From an uncultured virus (IMG/VR IMGVR_UViG_3300021440_000019) (taxonomy: Duplodnaviria; Heunggongvirae; Uroviricota; Caudoviricetes): a stretch of 64,000 nt of DNA. Where the stretch lies: IMG/VR virus record IMGVR_UViG_3300021440_000019; one strand, written 5' to 3'. How positions within the stretch are numbered: the first letter of the stretch is position 1; the number at the start of each line of letters is the position of its first letter. Below, piece after piece: positions 56,842-64,000 of the stretch. Position numbers and translations under genes: made by a program. Under the pieces are notes generated by a model. It was not told the origin of the DNA. It worked only from the letters and a program-made list of their open reading frames with translations, and searched no databases.

Positions 56842-57219
56842 ATGATCCGTATTGATCCTCTAGACCTCGTGGCCGTCACTGCTGGTGCCGGCAGTACTCC
56901 TGTAACCGCGCGAATCGACCTCGACCGCGTGGATCGTTGCCCCGCAATCGGCTGCGGCAAGCCCATGTCCACGATTCTCGCTTCGGACATACCGTGCTTC
57001 ATCTGCTGGGAGCACCGTGTAGTGCTGCCGCAGCCGGACCCGGAGCCGGCAACGGCGTCCACGGAACAGGCGTCGCCGGACACCGACGTGAGTGCCGAGC
57101 CGCCGATGCCTGTGCCATCGGACTTCCGTGTCACCACGGAGGACCCTGTGGTCGAGGTTGAGAAACCAGGCGCCGGAATCGTCGTGACTTCCGACCCGGA
57201 GACGGAGGCACCATGCTGA
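56842..57219 (+). CDS. small zinc-finger protein with acidic tail
   Basis: CPAIGC...CFICWEH motif followed by a Pro/Glu-rich C-terminus. Confidence 0.65.
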   Translation: MIRIDPLDLVAVTAGAGSTPVTARIDLDRVDRCPAIGCGKPMSTILASDIPCFICWEHRVVLPQPDPEPATASTEQASPDTDVSAEPPMPVPSDFRVTTEDPVVEVEKPGAGIVVTSDPETEAPC

Positions 57220-58964
57220 AGCTCAAGCACGCGGTGCACACACGCGGTGGTGCCAAAGGGTTGCATCCCGTGCTCGGAGTAGCTCCGGGGAACCGTAGCG
57301 GCGCAGCCGCGTTTGCGTCCTCAGGTCCGAAACCGGTGGACCCCGGTGTCCGCGTGGAAGCTGACATCAACTCGTTCTCGGGGATGCAGAACACGCAGCA
57401 GTATTCCATGATCGGGAACTCCGGTCAGCAATACGACACGCTGATGGCGGGGATCCTCAGCGATGACGACCAAGCGAACCTCCGGTTCTACCGGGACATC
57501 TACCGGTATGACAACACTTCGGGTTCCGCAGTCGATCTGCTGTCGATGCTGCCCTTCAGCGACTACGAACTGGTCGGCACCACCAAGGAACGGAACCGCG
57601 TTTACGAATCGAGCACCGAACGTCTGAACCTGAAAACAGCGCTGGTGCCCATGTCAATCGAGTACCTGGTCACCGGGCGGTACGTTGGCACGCTGCTGTA
57701 CCGCAGCAGCACGCGCATGTTCACGGAAATGATGCCGCACCGTGCTGAGGACACCAAGGTCACGCCGAGCCCGTTCTTCGGTGTCGAGCCCAGTATCGAG
57801 GTCAAGCAGAGCGACGTAGTGCAGAAGTTCCTGGAGTCGGAAGACCCGAGGTTCAAACGCATGGCTCAGGCACTGCACCCGAAGTTCCGCGAAGCCATCA
57901 AGGCGCCGTCGATGCTGCTGGACGCGAGCACCACGCTGTACGTGCCGCGAATGGCAGAGGCCACGAACCTATGCGGCATGTCGCTGTACAAGCGTGTGCT
58001 CCCCATCTGGCTGATCGAGAAAGCGCTGTACCGTGGCACGCTCGTCGAGGCGCAACGGAGACAGCGGTCGCTGTTGCACCTGGGTGTCGGCGACGAAGAA
58101 TGGGAACCCACGAGCGAAGAACTTCAGGCCATCGTCGCGCTGTTCCAGCAGGCGGACCTGGACCCGTTGGGTGCCATCATCGCCACGCGCGCAGGTGTCG
58201 TCCCGGAAGAACTGCGGCAGGGCGGTGACTTCTGGAAGTACACGGACATGACAGACCTGCTGTCGCCGATGAAGCTCCGGGCGCTCACGATTTCCGAGAC
58301 GTTCCTCAACGGCGAAGCGAACTACAGCAGCATGGAAGTGTCGCTGTCGGTGTTCCTCGACATGCTGAACAACCACCGGAACATGTTCACCCAGGAGGTC
58401 TTCTACAACAAGACGTTCCCGATCGTGGCTGTGACCAACGGGTTCTTCAAGCCCAACGTCAAGACCAAGGAAGTGGCGGACGCGCAGGACCAGATGCGCA
58501 TGCAGTACCACATATCCGATGTGTCCAAGCTGGACATTCCCGAGGTACAGTGGAAGAAGCCGCTGAAGCCGACGGCGAACAAGGACTACATGGACGTGCT
58601 GACCACGCTGGAAGAGAAGGGGTTGCCCATCGGACTGCGCATGTGGGCGGCAGCCGGTGGCGTGGACGCTGATTCCGTGGTCAAGCAAGCGGAAGAGGAA
58701 GTGGAACTGCGCAAGCGTGCCACCGCGATGCGCAAGGGCACGGAGCCAGAAGACGAAGGTCACGCTGCGTTCGCATCGGCGGGCCGGATCGTCGTCCGCG
58801 ACAAGTACCCGGAGTACGTGTCGGAAATACGGGGCTCCACGAAGACCGGCGCACCGAAGTACGTGCCGAACCAACGGGCTGCCGCGCAGCGCATGCACCT
58901 CATGGCAGCCACCGCGCTGAAGCGGCTGGCAACGACCTGGACACCGAAAGGAGCACGCAAGTGA
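57213..58964 (+). CDS. probable portal protein
   Basis: 583 aa between terminase and protease, with a GGAGG RBS. The helical core and the KLRAL.ISE.FL.GEANY segment resemble the portal wing/stem region. The call is partly positional. Confidence 0.65.
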   Translation: MLKLKHAVHTRGGAKGLHPVLGVAPGNRSGAAAFASSGPKPVDPGVRVEADINSFSGMQNTQQYSMIGNSGQQYDTLMAGILSDDDQANLRFYRDIYRYDNTSGSAVDLLSMLPFSDYELVGTTKERNRVYESSTERLNLKTALVPMSIEYLVTGRYVGTLLYRSSTRMFTEMMPHRAEDTKVTPSPFFGVEPSIEVKQSDVVQKFLESEDPRFKRMAQALHPKFREAIKAPSMLLDASTTLYVPRMAEATNLCGMSLYKRVLPIWLIEKALYRGTLVEAQRRQRSLLHLGVGDEEWEPTSEELQAIVALFQQADLDPLGAIIATRAGVVPEELRQGGDFWKYTDMTDLLSPMKLRALTISETFLNGEANYSSMEVSLSVFLDMLNNHRNMFTQEVFYNKTFPIVAVTNGFFKPNVKTKEVADAQDQMRMQYHISDVSKLDIPEVQWKKPLKPTANKDYMDVLTTLEEKGLPIGLRMWAAAGGVDADSVVKQAEEEVELRKRATAMRKGTEPEDEGHAAFASAGRIVVRDKYPEYVSEIRGSTKTGAPKYVPNQRAAAQRMHLMAATALKRLATTWTPKGARK

Positions 58965-59458
58965 ACGTGTTCATCACCGGGACGCTCGTGCTCGGTTCAA
59001 AGCTGTACTCGCAGTGCCTGCGTGACCTTCTTCGGTTGTCGCTGGCATGCAAGCGCAAGTGCCTGGCGTTGACGGTTACCGTTGACGACAGCCAAGCGGG
59101 GCTGCTAGCACGCAAGCTCGTTTCGGCCATCGCAGTGACACCCGTGGTGCGTGACCGGTTCCTGGCGGTGCCGCAAGCGGACACGATCCTCGTGTACGAA
59201 GAAGAGCCGGACAAGGACTACGCATTCGAGGAACTCGTGTACGACAGCCACAAGGAAGGTGCTGACGTGTACGTGCGCAAGCCACCGGAACCGGAAACAG
59301 CGAGGCCGGTGGCGCCAGCCGAGGAGCCGTACAACGACTTCCGTCGCGCGTTCGAGTTGATCGAACGGAGAATTCGCCCAATACCCACAAGAGGTCCGCA
59401 GGTCTGGCGCGAGGTCGAAATCCGACCGAACGGCGGGCGCCCTTGGTTCTATCTGTGA
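58961..59458 (+). CDS. hypothetical protein
   Basis: AGGAG RBS and a GTGA overlap. Confidence 0.6.
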   Translation: MNVFITGTLVLGSKLYSQCLRDLLRLSLACKRKCLALTVTVDDSQAGLLARKLVSAIAVTPVVRDRFLAVPQADTILVYEEEPDKDYAFEELVYDSHKEGADVYVRKPPEPETARPVAPAEEPYNDFRRAFELIERRIRPIPTRGPQVWREVEIRPNGGRPWFYL

Positions 59459-59465
59459 GCAACGT

Positions 59466-60233
59466 ATGAGACGCATGGATTCCCACTTCGGCTACGCAGA
59501 GTACGCGGATGCCATGAGCCCTGGTGTGCTCGACCTGCACGCAGCAGCGAGAAACAAGTCGCTGATCCTCAGTTCCGAGGGCATCGACGTTCGTGACTCG
59601 TCGGCGGTGAATCTGCTCGGAGCGCAGACCCTGGACTTCCAGATGTGGCTGCCTGCCGCCGCAGTCGAGTACCGCATCAGTCCGAACGTGCAGGACTACG
59701 TGCTGACGCCGGTGCTGACCATCCCCACGGAGCTACCGAACCGGAACTGCGTGGGCTTCCCTCGGCGTGAACTCGTGAAGTTCAACATCGAGGCCGGCCG
59801 TCTCGCGTACAAGACGTTCATCGGCAAGCCCGTGCACGTGGAGCACGACAACGAAGACCCCACGAAGGCAATCGGCGTCATCGTCGATTCTGTGCTGCGG
59901 CCGACTCGTGGCTACGGCGCAGGGCGCATGCACCGGCTGTTCAAGCTGCTGGCAGTGGACCGCACGAAGAACCCGATGATGGCGCAGAAGATCATCGACC
60001 GGGAAGTCAACACCTACAGCATGGGTGCCTGGGTCAAGAGCTTCGAGTGCAGTTACTGCGGCGCACCGATGGGACGGTGCAGTCACCTGCATCCGAATCG
60101 GCCGCGAGATTTCTACGAACTGATGGGTCGCCTGGTGTACCGCTGGTGCATCGGTGTCAACGGATTCGAGACTTCAGTGGTGTTCGATCCCGCGTACTCC
60201 GTCGCGGCTTCAGACATCCTGTTCGGCTTGTAA
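59466..60233 (+). CDS. probable prohead (maturation) protease with Zn-finger insertion
   Basis: TFIGKPVHVEH...IG.I.D, YSMG (catalytic Ser), CSYC...C.H and ETSVV.DPA match the HK97/herpes-fold protease pattern. Confidence 0.7.
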   Translation: MRRMDSHFGYAEYADAMSPGVLDLHAAARNKSLILSSEGIDVRDSSAVNLLGAQTLDFQMWLPAAAVEYRISPNVQDYVLTPVLTIPTELPNRNCVGFPRRELVKFNIEAGRLAYKTFIGKPVHVEHDNEDPTKAIGVIVDSVLRPTRGYGAGRMHRLFKLLAVDRTKNPMMAQKIIDREVNTYSMGAWVKSFECSYCGAPMGRCSHLHPNRPRDFYELMGRLVYRWCIGVNGFETSVVFDPAYSVAASDILFGL

Positions 60234-60266
60234 CTCCCGTCATCGTCAACCCTCCGAGGTATGTAC

Positions 60267-61121
60267 ATGCACATGCACCTTCGCGCGATTGACTACTTGG
60301 TGTTGCTGGTGTTGATCTTCTTGATCTTCCTGGCGTACCGCTTCTTCATACGCATCGACGTACCAACCTCGCCTCCGCTGCCGCCACCGGGACCGCCACC
60401 GCCACCCGGCAAACCAGTGGCTGTGCGCTTCCGCTTTTTCATCAACGGGAAACCCCAACCTCAAGGACCCAACATGACAACCGAAATCCGTGTCGATCAA
60501 GAGAGCAACGCCGTTGCCGAGTTCGTGGACAAGTTCAAGAACGTGGTCAAGCCGGAAGGCCCATCCACCTGGGTGTCGTCCGACACGAGCATCGCCGATC
60601 TGGAACCCGGTGCCGATGGCACGACCGCCAAGCTGCTGCCCACCGGCGTCGCCGGCCCCGTGACCATCACGATCACCAACGGCGAACTGACGGCCACGGC
60701 CGACGCCGTGTTCGTCGGCGGTGCACCGAAGGCCGCAGAACTCAAGCTGCTGGTCGGCGGCGTCGAAGTGCCGCTGGGCGCCGACGGCAAGCTGCCGCCG
60801 GTGAAGGTCGATGCCGAGCCGTCGATCGTCGCCTCGTTCGCCGACGAGTTCGGCAACCCCGTGACACCGACGGACATCCCGACCTGGGCCACCTCGGACT
60901 CGTCCATCGCCGACATCGAAGTGTCCGACGACGGCAAGACCATCAAGCTGGTGCCCACCGGCGTCGCCGGCCCCGTCACGTTCTCCGTGGACCTGAACGG
61001 CGTGACCACGAGCATCACCATGGACTTCGTGGGCGGCGCGCCGGTTGCCGTGACGCTGAAGATCGTGGTCGCGGAAACCCCGGCGCCTGCACCGGCTCCG
61101 GCTCCGGCGGCTCCGGTCTGA
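60267..61121 (+). CDS. tandem Ig-like (Big_2-like) domain protein with N-terminal TM and polyproline linker; second in-frame start at 60474
   Basis: Two copies of W.SSD.SIAD.E...DG.T.KL.PTGVAGPVT. GAGGT RBS for 60267 and AAGGA RBS for 60474. Confidence 0.7.
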   Translation: MHMHLRAIDYLVLLVLIFLIFLAYRFFIRIDVPTSPPLPPPGPPPPPGKPVAVRFRFFINGKPQPQGPNMTTEIRVDQESNAVAEFVDKFKNVVKPEGPSTWVSSDTSIADLEPGADGTTAKLLPTGVAGPVTITITNGELTATADAVFVGGAPKAAELKLLVGGVEVPLGADGKLPPVKVDAEPSIVASFADEFGNPVTPTDIPTWATSDSSIADIEVSDDGKTIKLVPTGVAGPVTFSVDLNGVTTSITMDFVGGAPVAVTLKIVVAETPAPAPAPAPAAPV

Positions 61122-61152
61122 CCTTGACCCGCGTCGTCTAGCGTTGTGCCAC

Positions 61153-61193
61153 TGCGGGGCTCCCGGTTCTTTACGGAGCCCCGCACCTGTTTT
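61153..61193 (+). terminator. Rho-independent terminator
   Basis: TGCGGGGCTCC and GGAGCCCCGCA form an 11-bp stem followed by CCTGTTTT. Confidence 0.7.
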
Positions 61194-61204
61194 CGGAGGG
61201 CGTC

Positions 61205-61636
61205 ATGCGCATACTCAGAAGCAAAGACCTGCAACCCGGTGACTTATACGCCTACCGAGGTTCCGTGTACGTGGTCACCGCTGTGAACCCCGAAGCTCGC
61301 ACGTTCTCCTACGTGGACCGCTGGTCGAGAACGCTGACGAAGGGCCTTGATGTTGCATCGCTAGTCGATGCTGAAACTCCGAGGATCTTCGCCGCCGTTG
61401 GCGAACGGATTCCATTCGTGGTCGAGTTCAGATGGGGATCAGGTTTCCGTAGCGAACGCACCCAGGCTCACAGCCGTGCGAAAGCGAGAAACAACATTCT
61501 GTTCCGCGTGGGCAACACGCTGCTGAACATCGACAAGGCTTACCACGCGCGTCTGGTAAATGAAGCTAAGCGCGCCATCGCGGATGCCGCAGGCGTTAGC
61601 GAGTACGATCCATCGCTGTTAACCGTCAAGGTCTGA
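61205..61636 (+). CDS. hypothetical protein
   Basis: GGAGG RBS. 143 aa. Confidence 0.65.
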   Translation: MRILRSKDLQPGDLYAYRGSVYVVTAVNPEARTFSYVDRWSRTLTKGLDVASLVDAETPRIFAAVGERIPFVVEFRWGSGFRSERTQAHSRAKARNNILFRVGNTLLNIDKAYHARLVNEAKRAIADAAGVSEYDPSLLTVKV

Positions 61637-61640
61637 AACC

Positions 61641-62051
61641 ATGTTGAACCGTCGTCTCTTTCTCCGAGGGGCTGCACTGGCACTAGCAGCCCCTGCCATC
61701 GTGCGCGCATCGTCGATCATGCGCGTGACACCGCTGTCGGTGCCCGAAGCTGTTGCTCCGGTGCCGGCTCCGTACACGAAGATCGCAGTGGACCCACGAG
61801 GACGCGTCACCTCGATGTACACCGGGGAGGTCGGTGTCATAGAGAACTTCCGGGTCATCTGTGACCAAGCTGTGCCGGTGGTCCCGCGCCGTACCATCCT
61901 CGTCACCGGCCAACAGCGCGCGGCTGACAACGGCGTGTACTTCGTGTCCGTGGGACCCACGATGTTCCCCGAGCTTCGTCGCGTTTCCGACCCGCGCAAG
62001 GTGCTGCGCGTACGTCCCAACCCCTTCAGCCCCGTAGGAGCCTTCGCATAG
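61641..62051 (+). CDS. hypothetical protein with twin-arginine-like N-terminus
   Basis: N-terminus MLNRRLFLRGAALALAAPAIVRA. Confidence 0.6.
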   Translation: MLNRRLFLRGAALALAAPAIVRASSIMRVTPLSVPEAVAPVPAPYTKIAVDPRGRVTSMYTGEVGVIENFRVICDQAVPVVPRRTILVTGQQRAADNGVYFVSVGPTMFPELRRVSDPRKVLRVRPNPFSPVGAFA

Positions 62052-62058
62052 GTGACAC

Positions 62059-62559
62059 ATGACGACACCCTCGTACAAGCGCATCCGCATCCGAGGCTGT
62101 TCGTACATCGTGTACAGTTCGGGCTTGATATGGTCGTGCGCATGGAACAAGTATCTGAGCGCACACCAAGACAAAGACGGGTACAGCATCGTCTGGATGG
62201 GAGGTAAGAAGCGTAAGGTGCATCGAGTTGTGTGCCGAGCCTTTCACGGTACGCCGCCAGAAGGGTACGTAGCCCGCCACAAGAATGGAGACACCTCGAA
62301 CAACAGAGCCTCCAACCTTCAATGGGGTACGACATCGGACAACGAACGTGACAAGTGGAGGCATGGCACGCACAACAAGGGCTCCCGTCATGGTAGAAGT
62401 CACCTGACGGAAGACATCGTGCTGCGGCTCCGGGCTCTGGTAAAGAAACAACCACCCGGTACCAAGACGGCATTTCTGAAGAGGCAAAGTCAGAAGTACG
62501 GAGCTTCGTGGCAAGCAATAGGACACGCCTGCGCTGGCAGAACGTGGACGCACATCTGA
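62059..62559 (+). mobile_element. free-standing HNH homing endonuclease gene (HNH_3 type)
   Basis: KVHRVVC.AFHG..P....ARHKNGD..NNRASNL.W.T..DN plus a C-terminal DNA-binding-like helix region. Visibly more A-rich than its neighbours. Confidence 0.85.
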
Positions 62560-62568
62560 GAGGTTCAC

Positions 62569-63117
62569 ATGATCTTCAAGTTCACCCGCCGGTACTGCAT
62601 GGCTCACCGGTTGATTCAAGGAGGGGCGTCTTCCAAATGCGGGATCGTTCATGGACACAACGAACTGGTCATCGTGGAGTGCCGGCCGACGGCAGAGTTC
62701 AAGCCGGGGCCGAACATGAGCATGGACTTCGGGGATGCCAAGTCCGTGTGGCACGACTGGATCGACAACGCGGTGGACCACAGCTTCCAACTCGGGGACG
62801 AAGACCCGTTGCTGCCGTGGTTCATCGAGAATGAGCCCCACCGGCTGCCGAGAATCATGGTCACTCCGGGCGATCCGACGACGGAAATGCTGCTGCTGGT
62901 GTTCGCACGGAAGTTCCGCGCGTTGTGCGGTTCCGCCCTGGAACTGATCCGCATCACCGTCGAAGAAACCCCGACGAACTCCGTGACCCTGGACGTTGCC
63001 TTCGCATCGCACACACAGAGCTTCGACGACCAGTGGTTGTTGGCGCCCGCCAACGTGGACCACTGGTGGGATCGTCCGGACCTGAGCATCAACGACACCC
63101 GCGCGGAAAAGCGCTAA
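62569..63117 (+). CDS. queD: 6-carboxy-5,6,7,8-tetrahydropterin synthase (PTPS fold)
   Basis: Motifs AHRL, C...HGH, DFG, DH, PTTE and V.ET. Confidence 0.88.
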   Translation: MIFKFTRRYCMAHRLIQGGASSKCGIVHGHNELVIVECRPTAEFKPGPNMSMDFGDAKSVWHDWIDNAVDHSFQLGDEDPLLPWFIENEPHRLPRIMVTPGDPTTEMLLLVFARKFRALCGSALELIRITVEETPTNSVTLDVAFASHTQSFDDQWLLAPANVDHWWDRPDLSINDTRAEKR

Positions 63118-63130
63118 CTGAGGAGCAACC

Positions 63131-63952
63131 GTGAACGCTGTTACCACCCCCGAGGTACCCCTGGTCCCCGTGAACGACTTCGCCGCGTACGTTCCGCTGG
63201 CTACGCGCACGAAGTCGCCAGGGATCATGCGACCCACGTTGACACCACTGGGAGAACCAGTGCTCGGCGACGATGGCAAGCCGAAGACGCACTGCATTGC
63301 CGCAGGCCCCGTGATCGACTTCTGCCACTTCGTCATCGGCATGAAGTCCGAGTCCGGGGAGACCGTCGGCGATGTCAAGTCCGCGCTGTTCTACGGCAAG
63401 GAGTTCAACGTCGCCAACTTCTACGGGGAACTCGGTGACCTCTGGTGGTACACGGCTGTGGGCGTCTCCGCGTTCAACTCCGTGATGGACAAGCTGGGGT
63501 TCCCGCTGTACACCGTGAACGTGGACGAGTACGTCGGCCAAGCGCAGGGCTTCGCGCGCAAGCTCGTCACTGGTGCTGGTGACCAGCGTCTGTTCTCGGG
63601 ACTCACGCTTGTGGACGAATGGGCCACGAAGCTCATGCACGTGGTGTGCGAAATCCGTGTGGAACTGCCGATCTGGCACCACACGGAGTGGGCGTTAGAA
63701 CGAGAAGACGCTGCACGGCTGTCCATCCAGGTGCAGCAAACGGTGGCCGCCCTCGTCGGACTCAGCGCTGCGTTCTACGACATGGAGCGGCAACACGTTG
63801 TCCCGGGGCTGCAAGACACGTGGGCACGGAACATCCGCAAGCTGCGAATCCGCTACCCCGATGCGTTCTCCACGGTACTCGCCATCGAACGGGGTACGCA
63901 AGCTCAGGAGCTGGCAGCGCTCGGCGAGGGTACCGCAAGTGTGGAGCCGTGA
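63131..63952 (+). CDS. mazG: MazG-like nucleoside triphosphate pyrophosphohydrolase
   Basis: ESGE...K..LFYGK....GELGDLWWY (ExxE...ExxD) and a distal NIRKL..RYPD.F. GAGGAG RBS. Confidence 0.75.
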   Translation: MNAVTTPEVPLVPVNDFAAYVPLATRTKSPGIMRPTLTPLGEPVLGDDGKPKTHCIAAGPVIDFCHFVIGMKSESGETVGDVKSALFYGKEFNVANFYGELGDLWWYTAVGVSAFNSVMDKLGFPLYTVNVDEYVGQAQGFARKLVTGAGDQRLFSGLTLVDEWATKLMHVVCEIRVELPIWHHTEWALEREDAARLSIQVQQTVAALVGLSAAFYDMERQHVVPGLQDTWARNIRKLRIRYPDAFSTVLAIERGTQAQELAALGEGTASVEP

Positions 63953-64000
63953 CCCAGCAATCCAGGAGCTATGCGTCTCACGGATTCTCGAAGTCTCGGG

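Noticed and set aside
1..64000. Alternative genetic code or stop-codon reassignment
   Set aside because: Genes tile the + strand almost completely under code 11. TGA, TAA and TAG all end genes and are followed closely by RBS and start codons.
63971..64000. Gene starting at ATG 63971 after an AGGAG RBS
   Set aside because: Only 10 codons are visible before the window ends, so it cannot be characterised.

Overview
This window is a GC-rich segment of a large tailed dsDNA phage, probably a jumbo myovirus. The lineage is inferred from gene content and was not confirmed by a search. Every credible gene lies on the + strand, densely packed and often coupled by ATGA/GTGA overlaps. Four regions follow in order. 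(1) 1-4.4 kb: putative head-associated or unknown proteins and a thermonuclease. (2) 4.4-32.6 kb: about 15 fibre/spike/virion genes assembled from a few shared modules, with a GT2 glycosyltransferase and two small membrane proteins embedded. Seven of these genes share one N-terminal domain, and one carries 19 tandem ~47-aa repeats. (3) 32.6-54 kb: an HNH nuclease, a 1.6-kaa SNF2 ATPase, a family A DNA polymerase with an N-terminal UDG-like domain, a DnaN-like clamp, an SF2 helicase, a HAD phosphatase and DnaB, interleaved with folE and queE. (4) 54-64 kb: large terminase, probable portal and prohead protease, an Ig-domain protein, a homing HNH, queD and a MazG-like pyrophosphatase. The best candidates for new biology are: a dispersed 7-deazaguanine (FolE-QueD-QueE) pathway with no recognisable QueC or DpdA in view, lying next to MazG, a degenerate amidotransferase-like ORF and the UDG-polymerase; the modular fibre family with its glycosyltransferase; and two AT-rich motif classes (CTAATTTCA and GGTAAAT) that look like late versus replication promoters. 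All calls rest on motifs read by eye; no database searches were run.
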